Translations under genes and position numbers: made by a program
DNA from: Paraspadella gotoi
Taxonomy: Eukaryota > Animalia > Chaetognatha
Length of the DNA: 64,000 nucleotides
Reading direction: 5' to 3'
NCBI GenBank assembly: GCA_051294375.1
Contig: CM119267.1
Span: forward strand, 2,160,793 to 2,224,792
Notes under the pieces: generated by a model
What the model saw: the letters and a program-made list of their open reading frames with translations, nothing else
The model's database searches: none
What the model was told of the DNA's origin: nothing
Part shown: positions 24,618-38,102 of the stretch, one piece after another
Position numbering within the stretch: position 1 is the stretch's first letter
Layout of the letters: the number at the start of each line of letters is the position of its first letter

Positions 24618-24968
24618 GAGAGGAATTGTGTTATCGCATGAAGAGAGAGGAGAAAAGAAGAGAGGAAATGTCTTATCGCATGAATAGAGAGGAGAAAAGA
24701 AGAGAGGAATTGTGTTATCGCATGGATAGATAGGAGAAGAGAAGAGAAGAGAGGAGAGGAAATGTGTTATTTCATGAATAGAGAGGAGAAAAGAAGAAAG
24801 GAAATGTGTTATCGCATGAATAGATAGGAGAAGAGAAGAGATGAGAAGAGGGGAAATGTGTTATTGCATGAATAGAGAGGAGAAGAGAAGAGAGGAATTG
24901 TGTTATCGCATGAATTGATAGGAGAGGAGAAGAGAAGAGAGGAGACGAAATGTGTTATTGCATGAATA
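24618..24968. repeat. Minisatellite of 8 units, core GGAAWTGTGTTATCGCATGAATAGA plus a purine tail; units ~42 or ~52 bp
   Basis: Eight cores counted; the last is truncated at the MITE insertion site. Confidence 0.9.
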
Positions 24969-25456
24969 CAGTCCTGTGCAAAAAAAGAGGACACTCTTCC
25001 AACTTAAGTTGCGCTCTTTAAGATCTGCTAAAAACCAAAAATATTTTTAACCTTAATTTATAGGCATGGTATTTATGTTTTTTAAAAAAATTATGAATGG
25101 AAAATAAGGATTTTTAAAAAAGAAACCCATAATTTTAACTTAAAAGAAAATTAGTCCAGTCATTCCAGAGCTACAGCACCTTAAACACAAAAGGTTAGAA
25201 ATACTTTAATTTTTTTCTGCTTTGATATTCGGTTTGAGTATTTAGTAGTTTGTAACCAAGTAGTGTCTACTTTATAAAATTCAACTGATTCATAACGGGA
25301 TTAGCCAATTGTAGTTTAAACTAAATTTATACCAATAGTTCATTTTCCCTATTGATTCTTATTTACTTATAAATATTTTTTTTTTAAAGAATCTGACATG
25401 ATTATTTTTCATAATGTTTTTGAGTCTCCTCTTTTTTTTTTTTGTGCACAGGACTG
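24969..25456. mobile_element. Tc1/mariner-type MITE (488 bp)
   Basis: Left TIR CAGTCCTGTGCAAAAAAAGAGGACACTC is preceded by TA. The right end reads GAGTCTCCTCTTTTTTTTTTTTGTGCACAGGACTG. The interior is AT-rich and non-coding. The right flank is TC rather than TA. Confidence 0.75.
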
Positions 25457-25954
25457 TCTTAGATCGTTGAATAAAGCAGAAGAGCAAGCATAGGGGAAGG
25501 ATAATCGAGAAAAAAAAAGAAGGAGGGAAAGAAGGAGGAAATTGAAAAACTCCTACAGATATAAAGAGGAAAAAATATGGAATTCAAATATATATTTCCA
25601 ACAATACTGTGTGCGTTACCTTTAAAAAAAACAATAAAAACAAATACTGAAAGAAATACATTTGACATTTTAAATTTAAAAAGTTGCATGTTTATTTCTG
25701 TTCGATTACCACTTACTTTAAAACAAACATTTTTCAAGGGCTTAAAAAGAAATTCATCTTGATATTTCAAATCCGAAAAAGTAAAAAAAAAAAAATCGAT
25801 GGTTTGATTACCTCGTCGTATTTCGCGATTATTGGAATATGCAAATGAGATTTATTGCGTCCGCGACCGAAATTTTCAGGGGAAAAAAAAAACGAGGTCG
25901 ACAAGTCATGTGCACGAAATTGGGAGGAGTCCTATCCTCTCTCTTCTCTCCTCT

Positions 25955-25991
<37 letters not shown>

Positions 25992-28502
25992 GAGTCATAT
26001 AACTTCAGCATCTCCCTGGAAACGCAGCCGTCCACCGGAAGCAGAGCGGCGGCGCCGCGGCTGTGGTGCCCCCGCACCGAACTTTCGCTTCCTCCTCCGG
26101 GCTTCTTGCGCTCGGATCAAGCGCAGATTTTTCTCTCCTCGTCAATGGTCGAGTTCGGGCTTCTTCCGGCTTCTCGGACAGTCGAGCGGATCGGGGCCGG
26201 CGGATTTCTTCTCTGCTCTACTCTCGTCTTCTCTCTCATACTCTCTCCTCTCTCTCTTCTCTCTCTCCTCTTTTTCTCTCTCTCTCTCCACCAAACAATG
26301 TTCGAAAAGTCCAAGCTCACCATTTTTTTGCGAGGAAACAGCATTTTAGTCTCCTTCATTATGCTCGGCCCTCTAGGAGAACTAATTAAGTCATTATCTC
26401 ACTATAGATAACGCCAAAACAAACTGGCCTCGCTGTCTGTAACATCACTTACAATCAATGCGGATTTTTATGTACCAAATGGTGTAAATGACTTTTCCTT
26501 TTAAAAAATTTACATTTGCCTTTTTTAGTCAGTTAGTTGCTTCAATAAAGCCAAATACAATTAGATACAATCTGTTCTTAATAAAAAACAGTTTTTTTAA
26601 AAAAGAAATTCTTGATTGCAAGATAAGTCATGTTGGACAATTCTTGAAAGTTTATTAGCTTAAATTTCCTAAGTTTCTTGCGAAAACATTTAGCGGCTTT
26701 GTTTGACCCTCTACGTAAACCCAAGATAGAAAGATAGTTTTGTCAAAATCCTTGGCCGACCTTAAGTTTTTCTTCAATAAGTGCCGAAGATCTTTTCCTT
26801 TTATTTTGTCTATTCACGACCGTGTTTCCGCGCGCGTGAGGGGTGGACGAACAGTTCGTGTATGTCACTCCACGGGACGAACAAAGCGTGACATCACACT
26901 TAAGTTTCCCAAGAGAAAAAGTCCACAACCCTTGCGAATACAATAAAATAATGAGTTTTATTGAACACGATAATGTATTTTTTCCTAAATACAGAGTTTT
27001 CCTCTCCGGGCGAAACAGTTTTTGTCTAGAATTTCAGCGAAGAAAACTAACTTACGATGGAAAATATCTCTGTCTGGAAAATTGAGTGCGGGAGACGAGT
27101 CTGCTCGCGAAAAATTTTGACCATAAATGATGTATTTGCGCAAGATATTCTTTAAACAATGAAATAAGAATAAATTATTCACTTATTTTACCCTTGCAGC
27201 CAATAGCAAAATAACAAAACCTTTCTGTACAGTAGCAACTGCACGGCAATACAAATACTATTTGGCAGTTGATTTTTTGATCGCGGGAATTTAGGGCAAA
27301 AAGAAAAAAAAAACAACTTTTTCCAATATGCCTAAAATATCATATTAAACAGAATTGATAAAATTTGTGTTTAGCTCTAAGACACAAGTGGGCTGGACTA
27401 CGGCATTAAATTGAAATCATCTGCTGCATTTCTAATCAAGAATCAATATTCATTTTGCTACTCGTTTAATAGAGTAAGATTTAGAGTAGGTAGGGAAAAA
27501 AGGTTAGAGAGAAGAAAGGAAAGGATTGACACAGAAAAAATATGAGGGTAGATAGGAAATGTAGCGAAAAAGGGAAAGCAGTGAAAAAAGTCTGATGAGA
27601 AAGAGCCTGAGAAAAAGACGAGGAGAATGCTCGAAAAAAAAAAACGTTCGGGAGAAAGAAAGAAAATAAGAAAAGGAGCGTTGAAAAAAACAAAGGAAAA
27701 AAAATTTCGTATAGATGCGCCTATAGCCGTAGCCATTTTTTTTTTTATCAAAGCAGTAGTATATATCTAAAATACGCGAACAGTCTTACTGAGCATTTGA
27801 TCTCTATAAAGTTTGCTCTTTGCCATTGAAAAAATATTTTCTAGTTCATCTTACCTTAATTTAAGGCGGATACCGTAATTAAGAATGCATTGTCATAGAA
27901 GAAATCATGTCTTACCGTATTTGAAAATCATTAGAAATTCCACCAGTTGACGATCGTATGTTATAAGTGAGAAGCATAAGATTAGTATAAATAAAGGAGT
28001 TGTTTCATATTTATCAGAGGGGAAAAAGCAAATAATAGTTATTTAAGTTCCGAAATTTCATTTTGTTTGCGGAAAAAATACCACGTTATAAAAAAATCAC
28101 TGCCTCTCTCAAAATACAATTTCTTTAAGAAAAAGCACTCCCGGATCCCGCGCGCGAAACCCATGCATCGATCCACCGCCCTGGGAGCCAGATGGAAGAA
28201 GAGACTCGGCCCTTGCGGCCTTGACGATGGGTAAGAGCAGAGAGAGAAAACTGGCAGTAAGTTATGCCGCTGCAGCCTCCGATCGGATCCACCATCTGCC
28301 GTCGGCGCGCGATCCGGGGGAGACCAGGGAGGGAAGGGAAAGAGGAACCGAGGCAGTAAGAAGAGCGAGCGAATCCGTAAGTCGAAGCAGGGAGAAGCCG
28401 ATCGGGCCTGCCACGCGCGTGGCTGCTCCCGGAGGCTGTCCGCTGATTCGAGGCTTCTGAGTATATGCCATTGCTTCTCTCTCTTCCTCTCTCTCCTCTC
28501 TC

Positions 28503-28571
<69 letters not shown>

Positions 28572-29463
28572 CCTCTCTCATCTCTCCCTTTCATTTGAAT
28601 CTCTCTCTCCCCCCTTCTCTGGTTTCATTCGCCTGCTCCGAAATTATTAAATTTTTTGGGCAATTTCGTCCCCAATTTCATCCAATTTGGATCTTGAGGG
28701 TCGAGAAAGAGAGAAGTGAAGAGAGAGAGAGAGATGAGAGAGAGAGACGAGAGAGAAGAGAGAGAGAGAGAGAGAGGAGATGAGAGAGAAGAGAAGCGTG
28801 TGTTGTAAAAAGGGCTGAAACTTTTAGTAGACAGAAGGAATAAGAATCGTGAAAGAATAGAAAAAAGTCGCCTGATTAGTCCGCCTAAAAAATAAGGAGA
28901 GAGAGAGAGAGAGAGAGAGAGCAGAGAGACGAGAGATGAGAGAGAGAGGGGCAGAGAGAAGAGAGAAGAGGAGAGAGAGAGAGAGAGCGGATGAGCGATG
29001 AGGGGGAAGTTGAGAGAGAGCGAGAGGAGAGAGAGAGAGAGGAGACTGTTGCAGAGAAAGAATCATTTGCGATTTGGAATAGTAAATTCAATGCAAATGG
29101 ATAATCTTGATCAAAAACACAAAACAGAGACGGAAGTATATGGGCGAACTAGAGACGAGGAGAGAATGAGACGAGGAGAGAGAAGAGAAGTGAGAGAAGA
29201 GACGAGAGAGAGAGAGAGAGGCAGAGAGAGAGAAAGCAGGAATGAAGAAGGAAAGTATTTTGCGAAAGAAGATTACGACAATATTAAAGAGAAACCTTTG
29301 AAAAGTGAGAAGGGAAACGCAATTTCGGAATTTATCAAAAAGTCTGAAGAAAAAAGAAATGAGAGAAAAAAATCTCGACATTTCTGAGAAATAATGAAAA
29401 AGTTTTAGACGAAGACAAAAAAAGATGAAAAGATTTGATAAGTAAAGGAAAGGGTGAGAAAAG

Positions 29464-29787
29464 GATTTAGATTTAGAGTTGAAGTTAGATTTAGATTTAG
29501 AGTTAGATGTAGATTTAGATTTAGAGTCAGAGTTAGTTTTAGATTTAGAGTTGGAATTAGTGTTAGATTTAGATTTAGATTTATGTAGAATCTACATTTA
29601 GATTTAAAGTCAGAGGTAGTTTTAGATTTAGAGTTGGAGTTAGATTTGGAGTTAGAATTAGATTTAGATTTAGAGTTAGATGTATATTTAGAGTCAGAGT
29701 TAGTTTTAGATTTTGATTTAAAGTTGGAGTTGGAGTTAGAGTTGGATTTAGATTTAGAGTTAGATTTAGAGTTAGAGTTAGATTTAT
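29464..29787. repeat. Hexamer satellite (GATTTA/GAGTTA)n
   Basis: Directly visible; explains the ELDLDL, SKSNSN and LNLTLN ORFs. Confidence 0.95.
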
Positions 29788-30581
29788 ATTCAATTATTCT
29801 GTGGTTAAACTTAAAGAAACACTTATTATATTTTCCTTCATTTTCGTTGCTTAAAAATAAAAAAAAACCCTTAAGAACACTTATAATTTTGGGCGATTTA
29901 ATCAAACTTGATTTCTAAACAAACGTACGCAAATTTTGCTACTTTTACTACTTATATGATTTTACGTTTGATACTACATTAATCTTTAGAAGAATTTTTG
30001 ATTCGCTTTTATGATTGCCAATATTGCCAAAGCTTGTTTAACGTCATACTCGATGACTAAACCGTCCTCAGTGCTTGGGAGATCGCTCGGTGGAAAGCAA
30101 GCGCTCTTTGGAAGAGACACGAATATGAGGGAAAAAAATGGGAAAAGAGACTTAAGAGAAAACAAGATGAGAAGTCAACATTGCAATTCGTCAAAAAAGG
30201 AAGGAAAATATTTCAAAATCCAAACATGAGATGGGTGGGAGAGAGAGAGGGAGAGAGAGAGAGACGAGAGAGAGAAAGAGAGAGAGAGCGAGACGTCTGA
30301 TGAAATGAGAGAAAAAGAGAAAAAAGGAGAAAAGAGGTTTGGCCACGCCCACAATCGACCACGTGGTCATCAACACAACTGACGAAGTCGGAAATCGATG
30401 GCACGAAAGTCCACTGGTGTTGGTGGTCGGGAAATGGTGATTTGTAGTGGCCTGGTTTTCGACTGGTGGTTTGGGTGGAGTGGTCCAAACTCCAGAGTGG
30501 TTACGATCGATGTTTTTTTTTCTATCGTCAGTGCAATATAACTCCTTTCCAACTACACGTTAAAATTAAAACACCTTTTCA

Positions 30582-30622
<41 letters not shown>

Positions 30623-31227
30623 TCGGTCCGTCAGAAAAGGAAGGGTGGGAGGGAAATTGAATGAAGAGGAGGAGGAGGAGGAGGAGGAAGAGGAGGAAGA
30701 GGTCTCGAGATCAGCTACTTGATTTTTCTTTTTGAAACTCGAAAGCTGAGAGGTAAAAGAGAATATACTGTAGAGAGGAAAGGAGAGGATAGAGAGGGGA
30801 AAAGAGAGAGGGGAAAGGGAGGGGGAGAGAGATGGGGGGAGAGAAAAGAGAGGGGGGATGATAGAGAGTCGACTGGATAAGGGATAGAGGATAAGTAGGA
30901 ATTATTAAGTAGTAAAAAATATTAATTATTAAGGAAAGGAAGGAATATCGATAGTGAAAGTAGGAAAGAAAAGATAATCAAAATGGAGGGGTTGAGAGGA
31001 GAGAAGAAAAGAGAAAAGATAGACAAGATAAAAGAAATGGAAAAGAAAAGAAAAGAGATATAAAGTAGAATTAGAGTAGAGGTTTTGCCAAAAGAATAAA
31101 TTGAAAAAGTAGCCGAGACTGAAGAGTAAGAAAAGTGAAAAAAGGGCACAGGTGATAATTTGAGTGAAATAGAAACTTATCGGGCTAATCTTTTAAGAGA
31201 AGTCACAGGTTGAAGAAGAGAGAGAAA

Positions 31228-31323
<96 letters not shown>

Positions 31324-31371
31324 CTCATGGTATAAGACGAAATAGAGATGATGAATTCAGTTGAATCAGAT

Positions 31372-31483
31372 GGGGGTGGGCTTAGCTAGGTTGGGCTTAG
31401 CGCTTGGTCTGGGAATTAGCTCGGTTGGGCTTAGCTCGGTTGGACTCAGATGGGGTGGGTATAGCTTGGGTGGGCTCAGCTGG
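31372..31483. repeat. Degenerate ~15-bp repeat GGGCTTAGCTCGGTT
   Basis: About 7 imperfect units. Confidence 0.7.
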
Positions 31484-31623
31484 TTTTTAAGAGAGATTCG
31501 ATGAGAGAATTTGTTGTTATCGCGAAAACCGACTTAAAGTTGGGGTTTTATTGTCTAGCGAAGGTTGAGGCAGTGGGGAGGAATTTCAGGCGAGAAATTT
31601 TCAGGCTTGCCACTTCAACCTTT

Positions 31624-31663
<40 letters not shown>

Positions 31664-31794
31664 ACGCACCGGCACTTCGTTTTCCTACTAAGTGGGAAAA
31701 CTGCAGCGATGCCCCACTTTTTAGTAAGGTTGTTCCCTTCGCAAAGGCAATCCCTGGCACCCACCCCCTCCCTGCTGTTGCCTCCACTTCTTTC

Positions 31795-31838
<44 letters not shown>
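31624..31838. repeat. Two (GCC)n tracts (31624-31662 and ~31795-31838) in a GC-rich island
   Basis: Directly visible. Confidence 0.9.
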
Positions 31839-31935
31839 TCCTTCCCGATTGGTTTTTCTCGTGCAGGAGAAAATCAGCTCCTAATCGGGAATTAAAAAGG
31901 TAAGGATCGGGTGGGTTGAAGGTAGAGAGAGACGA

Positions 31936-31982
<47 letters not shown>

Positions 31983-32542
31983 AAGGAGAGATGGATTAGA
32001 GATGGATAAGAGATGGATTAGAGACGAATTACTGGAATGGGTAGCATTTTGAGAGGGACGTAAGTTTTTTGAGAAGCTGAGTTTCTTTTCTTGCAAGAAA
32101 AAGTAATTCTACTTTGATCGGCAGAATGAAATCTTTTTTTAAAATCACTAAAAAAAAACCAACATTTTTTATTTGTAAAATTGTCAAAACAGAAAAGTAG
32201 AAAAACAAATAGAAGTGATGATTCCGAGATTAAAAAGTAGAAGTTCGAACAGAAACGTTTTTCGATATCCTTATTTAAATTTAAAAACATTAATCCAAGT
32301 TAAAGAGCATCCCACCAAGGAAGAAGCTTAACGTTACATAAATGTAATTCTTAAGCGTCGCCATCTATATTTCTTCCTGACCTCGTTATTTATCTCTGCA
32401 GAGGCGTGCAGCGGCCTCATCTGTAATGTCAAAGTCCGGAGTTAATTGCTATTTTGTTTTCTTCCGATTAAAACTGAAAGAGGGAGACATCGTGACTCGA
32501 TTCCCAAACAACATCACCGCATCTCGACAGGAAGGTGGGGGT

Positions 32543-32666
<124 letters not shown>

Positions 32667-33384
32667 CACTTGACGATCGCTCGAAAGCGGAAGAGATAAG
32701 CGTCTCGCTCTCACTCTTAAACAAAGAAAGAGAAGGAAAATGCAAATGAGTTCGGAATGAAGCTTTTTTTACTTTCACTGATTCACGAGACGTTTTCACG
32801 GCTGAGTGAACCTAGAAGGAAAAGAGAAGGGAGAGAGAGGAAAGATAAGAGGGGAGAGATAAGAGAGGAGAGAAAAGAGAGGAAAGGAAAGAGAGGAGAG
32901 GGAAGAGCGTTATGGGTGAAGAGGAAAGAGAGGTTAGATAAGAGAGGAAAGGATTAGAGAGAAGGAAGAGGGGAGAGTAAAAAGAGAGGAGAAATAAGAG
33001 AGAATAGAAAGGAGAAGTCAGGTAGTGAAAGTGAGGAAAGGCTTACTTCTCAGTCCTTACCTTATTTTCCTCACCTCACAAGAGAAGAAATAAAAGAGAG
33101 GAGAGAAAAAAGAAAAAAAGAAAAGAAAAAAGAAAAGAGAGAAGAGAAAAAAGACAAAAAGAAAAAAGAAAAGAGAGAGAGAGAGAAAACAGCCTATAAA
33201 GAAAAAAAAAGAATGAGAATAGAAAGACAGCAAAAACATATACAATATTAGACATAGAATTTTAATCAGATTAAAAAAGAGAGACGGTGAAACCAGTGCA
33301 GAGTTGTTCACTTTGAAACCTGAAGACTTTTCGGCTGCTTAGTGGTCATACGATATCAAGTAAAAAAGTGGCAGACTGGAATTC

Positions 33385-33640
33385 TCAATGCCACTCTATC
33401 CATACAACTCTTTTATTGCCACTCCATCAATGCCATTCCATGACTGCCACTGCATCAATGCCACTCTATAAATACCACTCTTTCATTGCCACTCCATCAA
33501 TGCCATTCCATCAATTCCATTCCATGACTGCCACTTCATCAATGCCATTCAATTAATGCCACTCTTTCATTGCCACTCCATCAATTTCACTCCATCAATG
33601 CCATTTCATGTCTGCCAGACCATCACTACCACTCCATCAT
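33385..33640. repeat. Degenerate 14-bp minisatellite TGCCACTCCATCAA
   Basis: Repeated tgccactccatcaa/tgccattccatgac units. Confidence 0.85.
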
Positions 33641-33905
33641 TCCTCCAACCACAACATCGATCTCTGTCTCCAACGTGTCAGCGTGTCAACGTGTCAGCAA
33701 CGTGTCGTCGATTCTTCCGTGTCTCCCTTTGATTCCTCCTCCTCCTCCTCCTCCTCCTCCTCCTCCTCTTCTCCTCTCGATCTTCGTAAGATTTGTCGCC
33801 GCGAGGTCGTCGTTGTCATCGTCGTTGTCATCGTCGTTTTCGTGGTTGTCATCGTCGTTGTCATCGTCGTTTTCGTCGTTGTCATCGTCAACTTTCCATA
33901 GTTTC

Positions 33906-33977
<72 letters not shown>

Positions 33978-34600
33978 AAGGTTGTCGAACGCCATCTGTT
34001 CCGCGTCCATTAATCCGCAGAGTCATCATCGTTGCGCGCGCAAGGAATTGCAGATTACGTGCGAATAATTACGTGTGCATGAAATGAATCGAAGGTTATG
34101 ATTGATTAATCACGTGCGCAAGCACAAAATTGCATATTACAATAAAATTAAAAACGATTGTTATTTAATACAAGGAAATTCCGGTTACAATGAAAAAAAA
34201 TTCGTAAATTAAGAGCAGATTATTGTATAATGTAATGTAATGTATAATGTATATGCATTTTAAACAAATTATTTTAGATTTAAATTGGAAAAATCACTAA
34301 GTTTATATTTACGTTTTACTTAAACAAAATTCTTCGGTCGTAGGGAGACGATCGTAGGTCAAATGACTGATAGGTGGCGTGACAGTGTGACTGCGTGACA
34401 GCGTGACGGCTTTCCCTTCCTCTAACAAATAGAACAAAGCTCTTTTGTTTACGTGATACTTTTGAGTCTTTAATTTTTTTCGTTATAGTCTGTTAAAAGT
34501 TAGTTGGTTTACTTTTTAAAATTATATTTTAAAATTTGTTTTTTTTTCTCCTTTTTTACGTCGAAATCCCAAAAGTGTAAAAACTCAGGAGTACGAAAGA

Positions 34601-34652
<52 letters not shown>

Positions 34653-34670
34653 TGCGATTTCGCAGTAAAA

Positions 34671-34783
<113 letters not shown>

Positions 34784-35163
34784 CTCTCCTTCTTTCTCTC
34801 TCTTTCTCTCTCTCTCTCTCTCCCTTTTTCGCCCCCGAGGCCATTTTTGCCCCCGGGGTCCGGATCGGAACTGATCACCCTTGAAGTCTCAACTCTCGCC
34901 AAGGGGGCGTTTCCCCGGCACAACATTTATGCTTTTGCGAAAACGTGGGCGCCGCAAAGGCAGCGCCCCTGCAGCGCCCGGCGCGCTTCTGCAGCGCCGC
35001 TAGCATTGCCAGTAAAAGTACTAAAAGGCTTGAAGTTTTTTTTTGTTTTTTTTTGCCTCTTCAAGTTTGCGGCGTTCGTATCTCCGATTCCGTATCACTC
35101 TTCAAAACGCGGCCCTATTTTCCGAGAGCGCCCGATCATAGCGTAAATTCATAATTATGTTTA

Positions 35164-35406
35164 TTTTTAGTTGCGCCGCGAGTATTCGCAGAGCAACTAT
35201 ATTAGTCACTTTTTGGTCGGTCTGTCGATCGGTTGGTCGGTCCGTCGGTATTTCTGTCTGTCGGTCTGTCTATAAGGAATAAAAGACGGAATACCAATGC
35301 AGTACGTATCATAATTATAAAGGATAAGGAAGTTATTGTCGTCATGTAGTCATATAATGTTACGTCATATCATATCATAAGGCAGTCACTGCGGCGCAAC
35401 ACATTT
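35164..35406 (+). mobile_element. Helentron-associated (HINE/DINE-1-like) non-autonomous element
   Basis: A T-run is followed by the hairpin TAGTTGC(35168-74)...GCAACTA(35193-99), then a GTCG/GTCT tetranucleotide microsatellite (~35215-35270). Subterminal inverted repeats are GTTGCGCCGC (35170-79) and GCGGCGCAAC (35391-400). Confidence 0.5.
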
Positions 35407-35422
35407 GAATTACCATATAGAA

Positions 35423-35580
35423 TTAGAATTAGGTATTAGATTAGGGTAAGGGATTATAATTATGTATTATATTAGGATAAGGGATTAGAATTAAGTTTTA
35501 GATTAGGGTAAGGGATTAGAATTAGGTATTAGATTAGGGTAAGGGATTAGAATTAGGTATTAGATTAGGGTAAATGATTA
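35423..35580. repeat. 31-bp minisatellite TAGAATTAGGTATTAGATTAGGGTAAGGGAT, about 4-5 copies
   Basis: Directly visible; contains TTAGGG. Confidence 0.8.
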
Positions 35581-36689
35581 AGGTTAGTATTGGGATTAAT
35601 TATTTTAAAAAAATATTAAGGTTAAATATTTTGGAGTATTAGAACTGAATAGTGGCGCCTTTGTAAAATAGTGCCATTAGGGTTTAAGGCATTGAAAAGC
35701 CAAGAAACATAGAAACCATAGAAAGTCAATGCACATTGCTTTATATGTCTGGGTAGAACGGCATCTCTCAGCCTCTCACATTGTCCTTTGCCACCTCCCA
35801 GGCGCTGCATCTCCCCGGCGCTGCATCTTCCCGGCGCTGCATTTTTTTTGAAAAAGCGAAAACCATGAAATTCGTTGGGGCGAAAAATTTTTCTCTTCGG
35901 ACGAAAAACCTGTTATTTTTTTCCCCTGAAGGCAAAAAGTTTTTTTTATGTCAAAGACGTTAAAAAAGTTATTAAGTTTAATGAGTAGAATTTCTCGGTT
36001 TACGCAAGAAAAAAAAGGTTATTTTTTCTTAGTTTGTTTTTGTTAGGAGTTATAGTTTTGTCAGTAATATATCTAACAATCAATCGAATGAATAAAAACG
36101 TAATAATTATTCTTCAGTTTCGGATGAAATTGTATAACTTTAATTATTTCAAAAGTTTAAAATCGTTTAACTTATTTCATTTTACTCGATTTGCACTCAC
36201 GTTTCACGTGATCATTATTCCTTTCCCTCGTGATTCAAGCCGACGTCACTTTTCACAATGTCTTATTTTTCTCTGTGCGTCACATTAACATGGCCTTAAT
36301 TTTTACAAAGCATCACTTTTCATAACGAGTCACTTTTGACCAGGTGACACTTTTCACAAGGCGTCACTTTTCAGTTTTCACTCTTAAGTCGTGACTCGTG
36401 AGTCTTTCGAAAGATTCGCCAGTCAACATCACGAATACTAATTCTGCGTAGGTTGCCATGGCGACGAAGATAAACGATGACGCTGATGGAAAAAAAAAAT
36501 CACCGACAAAAACGATGATAAAGTGTCTATTTTGATGTAGACAGAGACTTTGATAATGATGACGTCGAAAAGATTAGGGATGACACAGATATAATGAGAT
36601 GGCGAGGTTTTGTAGACGATGGAACAAATTAGAGAACAGATCAACGACCCTGTCTCTGTCTCTCTCTTGTTCCTCTTTCTCTGTATCTT

Positions 36690-36798
<109 letters not shown>

Positions 36799-38039
36799 TC
36801 ACCTTAACGCGGATCTAATCTTGGATGAAATTCAATAAACCTACTCGGAGCTCCGTCTCCCGCAGGAAAACCTTGAGATTTGACCCCACGGGACGAAGAC
36901 GACCGCTCGTAAAAACGACGACAACGACGACGACGACGACGACGAAGAGGTGAGTGAAAAGTGAAAACCAGTGGCTTCGGCGATGAATGTAAACGCAGTA
37001 GTGCGGATAAGACGCCCAATTTATCAGATAATTAACTGACATTTTACTGCCCTACTTAACATCATGCACAGCTGCTCAACTGCCCTACTTTCAACTTACC
37101 CGGTCCTGCTTTGTTATTATCTTGTGGGAACCTTAACACACCGTCGCCCGTCCAAACAAATGGGCAAGGTAGTTGATTTATCTATAAAATGAATGGATAA
37201 TTGTTATTTTGGTCCTATACCAGTTTCAATAATATTTCAGTAGGACAGAGAGGGACAAAAAAGGTGAGCCTAAAGACATTAACTCTAAAAAAAAGGAAAT
37301 TGCGACAAAGGCCTAAGGACAATCGCGTCTAAGAAAAGAAAAGAAATGATTTGAAGCGAATTTGTTGAGTCAAAAAGTCAACGACTTTTTTTTGCTGCAG
37401 CGAATTCGAAAAAAAAAAGAAAAAAGAAGAAGAAAATCCCAGTTTTTTATTTTCTTTTCTATTTTTTGTTTTCTTTCTGTTTTTTTTTTGTTTATTACTT
37501 CTGCCAAAAATAGAAACAACGTTTTCGTTTTTTTCGAGAGAAACTTTGGCCTTATTTTCCAAAAACGCCCCGTTCTGACTTAAATTCGGAATTAAATTCG
37601 GTTTTAGGGTTGAAGATTAAGTTAACGGTTATGGATTTGGTTAATGAGTTAAGGATTAGCGTCAAGGCTTTGGTTTTATGGTTAATGGATCGAGTTTAGG
37701 ATTAGAGTAAAGGATTAAGATGAAAGGTTAAGGAAAAAGATTAGAGATATTGATATTATAATATATATAACATATAGATATGGATTAGAGTTAGGGAATA
37801 AGGTTAGAGGTTATAGATTTGGATTCTGTATTAGAGTTTAAATTAGGTTCAGGGATTATGAACACATGTTCATTGAACAATGGCAAAATTTAAATTCAGT
37901 TGGTATAACAATTTTGTTACATGTCATAATCCTTTCTTTTCGTTGTTATTTAATATTTAGAGAAAACAAAGTGTTTTTGTATTTGTTACAACGATTTATT
38001 TTAATAGACGGACATGTTTCGACTCTTTGGGTTCGAGTC

Positions 38040-38085
38040 AAATGCTGATGAAGACTCGAACCCAAAGAGTCGAAACATGTTTCGA
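38040..38085 (+). ncRNA. Minimal type I hammerhead ribozyme core, copy 1 (GUU triplet; 3' strand of stem I replaced)
   Basis: CTGATGA(38045-51)-A-GACTC-gaacccaaa-GAGTC-GAAA-CATG-TT. Confidence 0.55.
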
Positions 38086-38102
38086 CTCTTTGGGTTCGAG
38101 TC

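Noticed and set aside
24618-24968. CRISPR-like repeat-spacer appearance
   Set aside because: The 'spacers' are homologous purine tracts rather than unique sequences, there are no cas genes, and the context is eukaryotic.
31501-31884. 127-aa ORF with poly-Ala and poly-Pro, resembling a transcription factor
   Set aside because: The homopolymers are (GCC)n microsatellites, and the intervening sequence shows no recognisable domain.
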